Virus record (IMG/VR): IMGVR_UViG_2721755725_000007
Reading direction: 5' to 3' (one strand)
Source of the DNA: a virus
Taxonomy: Duplodnaviria; Heunggongvirae; Uroviricota; Caudoviricetes
DNA: 37,725 bases
A program made the position numbers and the translations under genes. Under the pieces are notes generated by a model, which saw only the letters and a list, made by a program, of their open reading frames with translations, ran no database searches and had not been told where the DNA came from. Of the stretch, positions 15,324-24,421 are shown one piece after another (within the stretch, counting starts at the first letter, position 1; each line of letters opens with the position of its first letter).

Positions 15324-17443
15324 ATCAGGTGAACGAGAGCCATAGCCGCGCATCCGATATCTGGCGCGAAGTGGCCTCGCTGTTTCGCCCACCCAGCCGG
15401 TTACCAGTAGCGGAAGCCATCAGGCGTTATATGCGGGTTCCACGGGGAGCCAATACTTCCGGTCCGTGGGAGTCATCGCTGACGCCCTATATGATTGACC
15501 CCATTAATACATTATCAGCCCGTGAATATGACGCGGTGGTGTTTGTGGGACCTGCGCGAACCGGGAAAACCGAAGGGCTGATTGATGGCTGGATTGTGTA
15601 CGGCATCATCTGTGATCCGGCGGATATGCTGGTGGTGCAGATGACTGAGACGAAGGCGCGTGAGCATTCCAGAACGCGTCTTTCCAGGACGTTTCGCCAC
15701 AGTCCGGAGGTCAGCAAGCGCCTCAGTCCTTCCCGTAATGACAACAACGTCCACGATAAAATGTTTCTTGACGGCTCCTTCCTGAAGATTGGCTGGCCGT
15801 CGATCACCGTCTTTTCCTCTTCGGATTACCGTCGTGTGGCGCTGACGGATTATGACCGTTTCCCTGAAAATGTGGACGGGGAAGGGGATGCCTTCACGCT
15901 GGCCTCAAAGCGTACCACCACCTTTATGTCCTCGGGGATGACCCTGGTCGAGAGTTCACCGGGGCGGGATATCACCGATACCAAATGGCGTTGTGGTGGC
16001 GCACATGAGGCACCGCCAACAACGGGGATCCTGTCACTGTATAACCGGGGAGACCGCCGCCGGTGGTACTGGCCGTGTCCGCACTGCGGGGAATATTTTC
16101 AGCCGGTGATGGATAACATGACCGGATACCGGAATAACCCGGATTTTGTGGCTGCCGGTCAGGCTGCCCGTCTGATGTGTCCGCATTGTCGCGGGCTGAT
16201 TGCCCCTGAGCAGAAACGCGAACTGAATAACCAGGGGATCTGGCTTCGTGAAGGTGAACGGGCGGCGGCGGACGGCAGTATCACCGGAACGCCACGAAAC
16301 TCCCGGATTGCGTCATTTTGGATGGAGGGGCCAGCTGCGGCGTTTCAGACCTGGGAACAACTGATTTTTAAACTGCTGGCGGCAGAAGAAGAGTATGAGC
16401 GAACCGGCAGTGAAGAGACCCTGAAAGCGGTGGTGAACACCGATATCGGACGACCCTATCTGCCCCGTTCAGCCACGGAACAGCGTAAAAGTGAACTGCT
16501 TGAACAGCGTGCCGAGCCGTTTCCCCGGCGATCTGTGCCGGATGGTGTGCGTTTTATTGAGGCAACGGTTGACGTACAGGGCGGTAAAAATCGCCGTTTT
16601 GTTGTGCAGATCACCGGATACGGAGAGCAGGGGGAACGCTGGATTGTTGATCGCTACAACATCCGGCATTCACTGCGCTGCAGTCCCAACGGTGAAAGTC
16701 TGCCGGTTGATCCGGCGGCATATCCGGAGGACTGGGATTTGTTGCTGACGGATGTGTTCCATAAAACATGGCCGCTGGCTTCTGATCCGGATGTGCGCAT
16801 GCGTCTGATGGCCATGGCGGTGGATACGGGAGGGGAAGCCGGGGTGACAGATAACGCCTATCGTTTCTGGCGTCGTTGCCGGAGTGACGGACTGGGCAAC
16901 AGGGTGTTTCTGTTCAAGGGGGATGGACTTCGCCGTGACAGGCTGATTAACCGAACCTTCCCGGATAATACCGGCAGAAGTGCCCGCCGTGCCAGAGCCA
17001 GTGGCGATGTCGCGCTGTGGCTGGTTCAGACGGATGCGTTTAAGGATCGTGTAAATAATGCCCTGTGGCGTGACACACCAGGGCCGAACTATATCCACTT
17101 TCCCGACTGGCTGGGGCGGTGGTTTTACGATGAGCTGACCTATGAAGAGCGCGGCAGTGACGGAAAATGGCGAAAACCGGGCAGGGGCGCTAACGAAGCG
17201 TTTGACCTGCTGGTTTATGCGGATGCGCTTGCCGTTCTGCATGGTTACGAAAAGATCCGCTGGCCCTCCGCACCGGACTGGGCACAGCGGGAAACGTGGC
17301 TCGTCTTCCCGCAGGAGCGTTCTGGTGAAACGGTATCCCCGGAACTGACGGCCGGGGCAGAAAAACGCCGTCGCCGGAAGAAAAAACTGCGGACGGAGCG
17401 TGCGGAAGATAATCCATGGATAACATCAGGAGGCTGGTTGTGA
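15320..17443 (+). CDS. terminase large subunit (lambda gpA family; ATPase + nuclease)
   Basis: 707-aa ORF with Walker A-like GPARTGKT and Cys-rich CPHCGEYF...CPHCRG motifs characteristic of GpA-type terminases. Confidence 0.9.
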   Translation: MNQVNESHSRASDIWREVASLFRPPSRLPVAEAIRRYMRVPRGANTSGPWESSLTPYMIDPINTLSAREYDAVVFVGPARTGKTEGLIDGWIVYGIICDPADMLVVQMTETKAREHSRTRLSRTFRHSPEVSKRLSPSRNDNNVHDKMFLDGSFLKIGWPSITVFSSSDYRRVALTDYDRFPENVDGEGDAFTLASKRTTTFMSSGMTLVESSPGRDITDTKWRCGGAHEAPPTTGILSLYNRGDRRRWYWPCPHCGEYFQPVMDNMTGYRNNPDFVAAGQAARLMCPHCRGLIAPEQKRELNNQGIWLREGERAAADGSITGTPRNSRIASFWMEGPAAAFQTWEQLIFKLLAAEEEYERTGSEETLKAVVNTDIGRPYLPRSATEQRKSELLEQRAEPFPRRSVPDGVRFIEATVDVQGGKNRRFVVQITGYGEQGERWIVDRYNIRHSLRCSPNGESLPVDPAAYPEDWDLLLTDVFHKTWPLASDPDVRMRLMAMAVDTGGEAGVTDNAYRFWRRCRSDGLGNRVFLFKGDGLRRDRLINRTFPDNTGRSARRARASGDVALWLVQTDAFKDRVNNALWRDTPGPNYIHFPDWLGRWFYDELTYEERGSDGKWRKPGRGANEAFDLLVYADALAVLHGYEKIRWPSAPDWAQRETWLVFPQERSGETVSPELTAGAEKRRRRKKKLRTERAEDNPWITSGGWL

Positions 17444-17652
17444 GCACAGAAGAAGCCAGAGAAATGATACAGCGGTACCGTGAAGCGGAAATAGCCGTAC
17501 TGGAGGGAAAGTCTGTCACCTTCAACGGGCAGCAACTGACGCTGGAAAGCCTTTCTCAGATCCGCGCCGGACGTCAGGAGTGGGAACGCAGGCTTGCCGC
17601 GATGGTGAGCCGCAGGCGGGGAAAACCGGGATTTAAACTGGCGAGGTTTTAA
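17440..17652 (+). CDS. head-tail joining protein, gpW-like
   Basis: GTG 17440 six nt after AGGAGG, overlapping the terminase stop; 70-aa product with size/position of lambda W; the track's ATG 17416 start lies inside the terminase gene. Confidence 0.7.
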   Translation: MSTEEAREMIQRYREAEIAVLEGKSVTFNGQQLTLESLSQIRAGRQEWERRLAAMVSRRRGKPGFKLARF

Positions 17653-19154
17653 TGGCAATTATTGATGATGTGATCGGCGTGTTTTCCCCCGGGTGGAAAG
17701 CAGCCAGACTGCGTTCAAGGGCGTTAATCATGGCCTATGAGGCGGTGAAACCGACCCGGACACATAAAGCCCGGCGGGAAAATCGCTCTGCTGATCAGCT
17801 CAGTAAATACGGTGCGGTTTCCCTGCGGGAGCAGGCCCGTTTTCTGGATATCAATCATGACCTGGTGATTGGTGTGTTTGACAAGCTGGAAGAGCGGGTG
17901 ATTGGTGCCAGGGGAATTATTGTGGAGCCTCAGCCATTACGAAAAAACGGGGAAATGGCGGCTGAGCTGGCTGCGGATATCCGCCGTTTGTGGGCTGAAT
18001 GGTCCGTGAGTCCGGATGTGACAGGGCAGTATACCCGTCCTGTGCTTGAACGTTTACTGCTGCGGACCTGGCTGCGGGATGGTGAAGTGTTTGCGCAGAT
18101 GGTCAGTGGTGCGGGAAACGGTCTGGAACGGACGGCGGGAGTGCCATTCTGGCTTGAGGCGATGGAGCCGGATTTTGTTCCCATGCGCACTGATGAATCC
18201 GCCGGACTGAATCAGGGGGTTTTTCTTGATGAGTGGGGAAGACCGAAAAAATATCTGGTTTATAAAAATTATCCGGTCAGCGGCCGGCAGAGTGATACGA
18301 AAGAAATCGCTGCCGGAAAAATGATCCACCTGAAGTTCACTCGTCGTCTGCATCAGACGCGAGGCTCATCCATGTTATCGGGGGTGCTGATGCGGATCAG
18401 TGCCCTTAAGGAGTATGAGGATGCGGAACTGACAGCGGCGCGTATTGCTGCGGCGCTGGGACTGTATATCCGTAAAGGTGACGGACAGGACTATGAAGAT
18501 CCGGGGATCAAAGAGACCGAGCGGGAAGTCCATATCACCCCGGGTATTATTTATGACGATTTGCGCAAGGGCGAGGATATCGGCATGGTCAAATCTGACC
18601 GTCCCAATCCCAACCTTGAAACTTTCCGCAACGGCCAGTTGCGTGCAGTGGCAGCAGGCAGTCGTCTGAGTTTTTCCAGTGCGGCGCGTAACTATAACGG
18701 CACCTACAGCGCCCAGCGGCAGGAGCTGGTCGAGTCCACGGATGGTTACCTGATCCTGCAGGACTGTTTTATTGGCGCGGTAACCCGCCCGGTGTACCGG
18801 ACATGGCTGAATATGGTGGTTGCGGCAGGTCTGCTGAAAATTCCGGCGGATGTGGAGATGAAAACGCTATATAACGCGACGTATTCCGGTCCGGTGATGC
18901 CGTGGATCGACCCGGTTAAGGAAGCTGAAGCCTGGAGAATTCAGATCCGGGGTGGTGCAGCGACAGAATCTGACTGGGTGCGTGCCGGTGGGCGCAATCC
19001 GGATGAGGTCAAACGTCGCCGCAAGGCTGAAATTGATGAAAACAGCAGACTGGGGCTGGTCTTTGATACTGACCCCGTCAACGACAAAGGAGGCAACAGT
19101 GCCGGAACTGAACGACAGTATCAGCGCGACACCGAAAGCCAGCATGAAGAATAA
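17652..19154 (+). CDS. portal protein (lambda gpB family)
   Basis: 500-aa ORF in the canonical position after W; start overlaps W stop (TAATG). Confidence 0.9.
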   Translation: MAIIDDVIGVFSPGWKAARLRSRALIMAYEAVKPTRTHKARRENRSADQLSKYGAVSLREQARFLDINHDLVIGVFDKLEERVIGARGIIVEPQPLRKNGEMAAELAADIRRLWAEWSVSPDVTGQYTRPVLERLLLRTWLRDGEVFAQMVSGAGNGLERTAGVPFWLEAMEPDFVPMRTDESAGLNQGVFLDEWGRPKKYLVYKNYPVSGRQSDTKEIAAGKMIHLKFTRRLHQTRGSSMLSGVLMRISALKEYEDAELTAARIAAALGLYIRKGDGQDYEDPGIKETEREVHITPGIIYDDLRKGEDIGMVKSDRPNPNLETFRNGQLRAVAAGSRLSFSSAARNYNGTYSAQRQELVESTDGYLILQDCFIGAVTRPVYRTWLNMVVAAGLLKIPADVEMKTLYNATYSGPVMPWIDPVKEAEAWRIQIRGGAATESDWVRAGGRNPDEVKRRRKAEIDENSRLGLVFDTDPVNDKGGNSAGTERQYQRDTESQHEE

Positions 19155-21123
19155 ATCCTGGTTCAGGATGCAAGCTGGGGGGCCGGGTGACGCGGATATT
19201 TATATTTATGACGAGATTGGTTTCTGGGGAGTTACCGCGAAGCAGTTTGTCAGCGAACTGAATGCACTGGGTGATATCACCCACATTAATCTCCATATCA
19301 ATTCACCGGGTGGCGATGTCTTTGAAGGCATCGCCATTTTTAATGCCCTGAAAAATCAGGGGGCGACCATTACCGTGTATGTGGATGGCGTTGCCGCCTC
19401 GATGGCATCTGTGATTGCGATGGCCGGTGATACGGTCATTATGCCGGAAAATGCCTTCATGATGATCCATAAGCCATGGGGATTCAGTGGCGGGGATGCT
19501 GAGGATATGCGCAGTTATGCCGATTTGCTGGATAAAGTCGAATCGGTACTGTTGCCAGCCTATGCGCAGAAAACCGGAAAAACCACCGATGAAATTGCCG
19601 CCATGCTGGCGGATGAAACCTGGATGTCCGGTGCCGAATGTCTGGCACACGGATTTGCTGACCAGGTGACACCCGCTGTTGAGGCAATGGCATGTATTCA
19701 GTCAAAACGTACAGAGGAATTTAAAAAGATGCCGGAATCCATCCGAAACATGATTACTCCGCCACGCAACAGTGCCCCGCGTGATACCACAGTGACAATC
19801 CCTGCACCGGCGGTAACAGAACCATCACCGGTACCGGCAGTGTCTGATGAGGCGACCATTCGCGCCCGCGTTATGGCTGAGCAGAAAGCCCGCATGTCAG
19901 GCATTAACGATCTGTTTGCCATGTTCGGCGGTCGCTATCAGACGCTTCAGGCACAGTGCGTGGCTGATCCTGACTGTTCGCTGGAAATGGCCCGTGAACG
20001 TCTGCTGAATGAAATGGGCAAGGAGTCCTCGCCGACCAACAAAAATACACCGGCCCATATTTATGCCGGAAACGGCAATTTTGTGGGGGACGGGATCCGC
20101 CAGGCGATGCTGGCCCGTGCCGGATTTGAAAATGTCGAGAAGGATAACGCCTATAACGGGATGACCCTGCGTGAATGGGCTCGCATGTCACTGACGGAGC
20201 GCGGTATTGGGGTGGCCAGTTATAACCCCATGCAGATGGTCGGGCTGGCGCTGACGCACAGCACCTCTGATTTTGGCAATATTCTGCTGGATGTGTCGAA
20301 CAAGGGGCTGATCCAGGGCTGGGAGGAATCAGAAGAAACCTTCCAGAAGTGGACCCGTAAGGGACGCCTGTCAGACTTCAAAACAGCGTATCGCGTGGGG
20401 ATGGGCGGTTTTGGTTCTCTGCGCCAGGTTCGTGAGGGGGCGGAGTATAAATACATCACCACCTCAGATCGCAAGGAGACCATTGCACTGGCCACTTACG
20501 GGGAGATTTTCTCCATCACCCGCCAGGCCATTATCAATGATGATCTGAATATGCTGGTGGACGTGCCGATGAAGATGGGGCGTGCGGCGAAGGCAACGAT
20601 TGGTGACCTGGTCTACAAGGTGCTGACGGATAACCCGAAACTGTCCGACGGTAAGGCGCTGTTCCATGCCGATCACAAAAATATTGCCACCGGGGGGATC
20701 TCCGTTTCCGGACTGGATGCGGCCCGTCAGATGATGCGCCTGCAGAAAGAAGGCGATCGTGCCCTGAATATCCGTCCGGCCTTTATGCTGGTACCGGTGG
20801 CACTGGAGACGGTGGCGAACCAGACCATCAAATCGGCCAGTGTGAAAGGGGCGGATGCAAACGCCGGTGTCATTAACCCTATCCAGAACTTTGCTGAGGT
20901 GATTGCAGAAGCGCGTCTTGATGCGGCAGACCCGAAAACCTGGTATCTGGCGGCGGCACAGGGCACTGACACCATTGAAGTGGCCTGGCTGGATGGTGTG
21001 GACACGCCATACATTGATCAGCAGGAAGGTTTCACCACTGACGGCATTGCCACAAAAATCCGTATTGATGCCGGAGTGGCACCACTTGACTGGCGCGGGC
21101 TGGTGCGTTCGTCGGTGGCCTGA
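19099..21123 (+). CDS. prohead protease (ClpP/S49-like) - scaffold - major capsid protein fusion
   Basis: GTG 19099 five nt after AAAGGAGG (alternative ATG 19144); N-terminal region ...DIYIYDEIGFWGV...INSPGGDV...ASMAS... is ClpP-like, C-terminal about 330 aa is HK97-fold capsid-like; the track's ATG 18952 extension overlaps the portal gene. Confidence 0.85.
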   Translation: MPELNDSISATPKASMKNKSWFRMQAGGPGDADIYIYDEIGFWGVTAKQFVSELNALGDITHINLHINSPGGDVFEGIAIFNALKNQGATITVYVDGVAASMASVIAMAGDTVIMPENAFMMIHKPWGFSGGDAEDMRSYADLLDKVESVLLPAYAQKTGKTTDEIAAMLADETWMSGAECLAHGFADQVTPAVEAMACIQSKRTEEFKKMPESIRNMITPPRNSAPRDTTVTIPAPAVTEPSPVPAVSDEATIRARVMAEQKARMSGINDLFAMFGGRYQTLQAQCVADPDCSLEMARERLLNEMGKESSPTNKNTPAHIYAGNGNFVGDGIRQAMLARAGFENVEKDNAYNGMTLREWARMSLTERGIGVASYNPMQMVGLALTHSTSDFGNILLDVSNKGLIQGWEESEETFQKWTRKGRLSDFKTAYRVGMGGFGSLRQVREGAEYKYITTSDRKETIALATYGEIFSITRQAIINDDLNMLVDVPMKMGRAAKATIGDLVYKVLTDNPKLSDGKALFHADHKNIATGGISVSGLDAARQMMRLQKEGDRALNIRPAFMLVPVALETVANQTIKSASVKGADANAGVINPIQNFAEVIAEARLDAADPKTWYLAAAQGTDTIEVAWLDGVDTPYIDQQEGFTTDGIATKIRIDAGVAPLDWRGLVRSSVA

Positions 21124-21145
21124 TAACCGCGTTATCACAATCACT

Positions 21146-21164
21146 GCCCGAAAGGGCTTTTTTT
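21146..21164 (+). terminator. short intrinsic terminator-like hairpin after the capsid gene
   Basis: GCCC-GAAA-GGGC followed by TTTTTTT; stem only 4 bp. Confidence 0.4.
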
Positions 21165-21210
21165 ATGCCTGAAAAACAGCCCCACAGGGGCTGTCCGGAG
21201 AAACAGCATT

Positions 21211-21480
21211 ATGGCGAAAAATTTTGTACAGGACGGTACCACCATTGAACTGGTGAATGCCGGAGATCAGACCATCCTGAGCGGTGCTGCGGTGGTGGTC
21301 GGCAGTATGGTGGCCGTGGCCATTACCGATATTCCTGCCGGTGAGGCCGGTGACGGTTTTGCCGAAGGCGTGTTCCTGCTGCCCAAACAGTCTGCTGACG
21401 ACATTCAGTCCGGCGCGGTGGTTTATCTGAAGGACGGGGTTGTGCAGCTGGCTGCAGACGGTGCGGTGGCAGCGGGGTAG
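21211..21480 (+). CDS. DUF2190-type head decoration/stabilisation protein
   Basis: 89-aa Gly/Ala/Val-rich product in the position of a decoration protein after the capsid gene. Confidence 0.6.
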   Translation: MAKNFVQDGTTIELVNAGDQTILSGAAVVVGSMVAVAITDIPAGEAGDGFAEGVFLLPKQSADDIQSGAVVYLKDGVVQLAADGAVAAG

Positions 21481-21528
21481 CCTGGGAAAATGCCCCTGCA
21501 AACAGCGCCACTGTGGCGGTAAAAATCA

Positions 21529-21810
21529 ATGTCTGATCTGTTTACGCGAATGTGTTGCCGGATGGACGTGGCGACCGTTCGGGTGATGGGCAAACAGGCG
21601 GAGATTAACGGCGTCGTGTACGACGTGATGCCGGAGGAAGAGTCCGCGGAGATGGGGGCGCTTTCGGGCAGCCAGTTGTCACTGGTGGTGTTTTCAGCCC
21701 GGTACCGTCCGGCCCGTCATGATGTTGTTGTGTTTGCGGGGCGCACACTGACGGTGACCCGTTATGACACGTACAACGGTAAACCCCGGATTTTTGTCGA
21801 ACAGGAATGA
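21529..21810 (+). CDS. head-tail joining protein, gpFII-like
   Basis: 93-aa product; pattern ...NGVVYDVMPEE...LSLVVFSARYRPARHDVVVFAGRTLTVTRYD... resembles lambda FII family. Confidence 0.6.
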   Translation: MSDLFTRMCCRMDVATVRVMGKQAEINGVVYDVMPEEESAEMGALSGSQLSLVVFSARYRPARHDVVVFAGRTLTVTRYDTYNGKPRIFVEQE

Positions 21811-22436
21811 GTATGGCAATAAAAGGTCTGGCGCAGGCCATGAAAAATCTGGATGCAATTGATCGCCGTGCCGTTCCCCGGGCCTCTGCCACGACACTGA
21901 ACCGAGTGGCGGGGGCCATTATTGCGAAAACGGCCTCTTCAGTTGCCAGGGAGCTGGCCGTTCCCCGTCGTCTTATCCGTGCCCGCATCCGGTTAAGTCC
22001 GGCACGACCGGATAAGGTTTACGCAAAGGTTTACATCAATACCGGCAACCTGCCCGCCATCAAACTGGGGGAGGCCCGCGTTCGACTTTCCCGCAGAAAA
22101 CGGAGAAAGAAAGGACAGCGTGCGGCCCTGAAAGGGGGCGGCAGTGTGCTGATTGTGGGGAAAAGACGGATCCCGGACGCCTTTATCACCCGGCTGGCTA
22201 ACGGACGCTGGCATGTGATGCAGCGTATGCCGTGGGCATCATCATCCACCGGCGCGGACAGCAAAGGGAGGCCGAAACGCCACCGTCTGCCGATCGAAGT
22301 GGTGAAGATTACGACTGCCGGACCGCTGGCAGAAACCTTTGAACGTGAACGGGACCGGATGTACCGGGAAAAATTACCGGCGCAGATGATGAAAGCCATG
22401 ACGCATCAGTTACGCCTGGTGCTGAAAAGAAAATGA
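21807..22436 (+). CDS. minor tail protein, gpZ-like
   Basis: 209-aa basic protein between FII-like and U; start overlaps previous stop (ATGA). Confidence 0.7.
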   Translation: MSMAIKGLAQAMKNLDAIDRRAVPRASATTLNRVAGAIIAKTASSVARELAVPRRLIRARIRLSPARPDKVYAKVYINTGNLPAIKLGEARVRLSRRKRRKKGQRAALKGGGSVLIVGKRRIPDAFITRLANGRWHVMQRMPWASSSTGADSKGRPKRHRLPIEVVKITTAGPLAETFERERDRMYREKLPAQMMKAMTHQLRLVLKRK

Positions 22437-22448
22437 CTGGGAGGGTGT

Positions 22449-22847
22449 ATGAAACACCGTGAAATACGGGCGGCAGTTCTGTCTGCCCTGAAAGAAAATA
22501 TTTCTGAGAGGGTGAGCTGGTTTGACGGTCGCCCGGTTTTTATTGATGAACAGGAACTGCCTGCTGTTGCTGTTTACCTGACAGATGCGTCTGCTGCTGA
22601 CGAGTTCGTTGATGAGGGAACCTGGGAGGCGACACTGCATATTGAGGTTTTTCTCAGGGCAAAAGAACCGGACTCGGCACTGGATATGTGGATGGAAGAA
22701 AAAATTCTTCCTGCGCTGGAGGCAGTTCCCGGGCTCAGTGCATTACTGCTGAAGATGAATCTTCAGGGGTATGACTACCGCCGGGATGATGAGTTTATGA
22801 TGTGGGGATCGGCAGATCTCCTGTGGAAAATTACCTACGAGATGTGA
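22449..22847 (+). CDS. U: tail terminator protein U
   Basis: Product [17 protein letters not shown]...[22 protein letters not shown]...[26 protein letters not shown] is closely similar to lambda gpU as recalled. Confidence 0.85.
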   Translation: MKHREIRAAVLSALKENISERVSWFDGRPVFIDEQELPAVAVYLTDASAADEFVDEGTWEATLHIEVFLRAKEPDSALDMWMEEKILPALEAVPGLSALLLKMNLQGYDYRRDDEFMMWGSADLLWKITYEM

Positions 22848-22854
22848 GGACGAT

Positions 22855-23607
22855 ATGGCAACACCAAATCCCCTTGAGCCGGTAAAAGGTGCCGGTACCA
22901 CTCTGTGGGTTTACAACGGCAAGGGTGATGCTTATGCAAACCCGTTGTCAGACGATGACTGGCAGCGACTGGCTAAGGTGAAGGATCTGACGCCGGGCGA
23001 GATGACGGCAGAACCCTACGATGATAACTACCTGGATGATGAAGACGCGGACTGGACCGCGACCGGGCAGGGGCAGAAGTCTGCAGGAGATACCAGTTTT
23101 ACGCTGGCCTGGAAACCGGGAGAAGAAGGTCAGAAAGGGCTTATAGGCTGGTTTGAAAGCGGGGATGTGCGGGCCTATAAAATCCGTTTCCCAAATGGCA
23201 CGGTGGATGTGTTCCGTGGCTGGGTCAGCAGTATCGGTAAGGCCGTGACGGCGAAAGAAGTGATCACCCGCACGGTGAAAGTCACTAACGTGGGCAAACC
23301 TTCCGTGGCGGAAGAACGCAGCGAAATTACGCCGGCCACTGCAATTAAGGTGACACCGACATCCGGTACGGTGGCAAAAGGGAAAACAACCACCCTGACT
23401 GTTTCTTTTGAGCCGGAAAGTGCAACCGACAAGACGTTCAGAGCGGTTTCCGCCGATCCGTCGAAAGCCACCATTAGTGTGAAAGATATGACAATTACGG
23501 TAAACGGCGTGGCGACAGGTAAGGTGCAGATCCCTGTGGTGAGCGGAAATGGTCAGTTCGCCGCAGTGGCTGAAGTCACCGTTACTGAAGCGGGCGCTGC
23601 AGGGTAA
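22855..23607 (+). CDS. V: major tail protein V (with C-terminal Ig-like domain)
   Basis: Product ...[77 protein letters not shown]... is near-identical in long stretches to lambda gpV as recalled. Confidence 0.9.
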   Translation: MATPNPLEPVKGAGTTLWVYNGKGDAYANPLSDDDWQRLAKVKDLTPGEMTAEPYDDNYLDDEDADWTATGQGQKSAGDTSFTLAWKPGEEGQKGLIGWFESGDVRAYKIRFPNGTVDVFRGWVSSIGKAVTAKEVITRTVKVTNVGKPSVAEERSEITPATAIKVTPTSGTVAKGKTTTLTVSFEPESATDKTFRAVSADPSKATISVKDMTITVNGVATGKVQIPVVSGNGQFAAVAEVTVTEAGAAG

Positions 23608-23620
23608 ACGGAGGTAATAC

Positions 23621-24043
23621 ATGTTTCTGAAAACAGAACAATTTGAATATAACGGTGTGTCCGTCACGCTTTCCGAATTGTCTGCGCTGCAGCGGTTTGA
23701 TTATATAAAGTTTGTTTCAGACGCAGAACAACAGGAGACAACGAAGCATGATGTCGTGCACATTAACCAGCGATATCTGGAAACGGCATCCCTGCTTGTG
23801 GCGATGTCGCTATGGCATTCCCATTCCCTCAAAGGCACTCTGGCCTCTCCGGAGACAGAGATGCAGCAGATCCGCCGTGAAGTGATGCTGGGATGGCCTG
23901 CTGATGCACTGAATCAGGCAACGAACCGGGTGCTTTATCTTTCAGGTATGCTGGATAACCGGCACGATGCCGATCCTGAACCAACCGGGAAAACAGAAGC
24001 GACTGAGCCGGTAACATCAAAAAAGCATTCGAAGGCGAGCTGA
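23621..24043 (+). CDS. G: tail assembly chaperone G
   Basis: Product MFLKTEQFEYNGVSVTLSELSALQRFDYIKF... matches lambda gpG N-terminus; AGGAGG-like SD (CGGAGGT) upstream. Confidence 0.85.
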   Translation: MFLKTEQFEYNGVSVTLSELSALQRFDYIKFVSDAEQQETTKHDVVHINQRYLETASLLVAMSLWHSHSLKGTLASPETEMQQIRREVMLGWPADALNQATNRVLYLSGMLDNRHDADPEPTGKTEATEPVTSKKHSKAS

Positions 24044-24378
24044 ACTTTGTCCTGAAACTGGCGCGTGAGATGGGGAGAGCCGACTGGCGCGCCATGCTTG
24101 CCGGGATGACATCCACCGAATATGCCGACTGGCGACGTTTTTACTGCACGCATTATTTTCAGGATACCCAGCTGGATATGCATTTTTCCGGGCTGATGTA
24201 CGCCGTACTCAGCCTGTTTTTTTGCGATCCGGATATGCATCCGGCGGATTTCAGCCTGTTCGCTCCGGAGGCAGAGGAAGGACAGGCGGAGACGCCGGAC
24301 GAAAATGATGTACTGATGCAGAAGGCGGCGGGCCTCGCCGGTGGAGTCCGTTTCGGGGAGGAGGGAAGGAGGTTGTGA
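23621..24378 (+). CDS. T: tail assembly chaperone GT fusion produced by programmed -1 ribosomal frameshift
   Basis: The -1 frame open downstream of G encodes ...MGRADWRAMLAGMTSTEYADWRRFYCTHYF...MQKAAGLAGGVRFGEEG, matching lambda gpT; slippery heptamer A_AAA_AAG sits at the end of G. Confidence 0.65.
24019..24025 (+). other. -1 programmed frameshift slippery heptamer A AAA AAG (G to GT)
   Basis: In the G frame the codons are tcA AAA AAG; the -1 frame from here is open to 24378. Confidence 0.65.
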
Positions 24379-24421
24379 CAGTTATTGATGGTATCAGAGG
24401 ACATTTCAGGAGGTGACCACG

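Noticed and set aside
16670-17242. 190-aa ORF on the - strand
   Set aside because: Inside the large terminase gene; no start signal; antisense shadow ORF.
18952-19098. Upstream extension of the protease/capsid ORF to ATG 18952
   Set aside because: It would overlap about 200 nt of the portal gene in another frame; GTG 19099 has a consensus SD.
20464-21144. 226-aa ORF on the - strand
   Set aside because: Inside the capsid portion of the protease/capsid gene; antisense shadow ORF.
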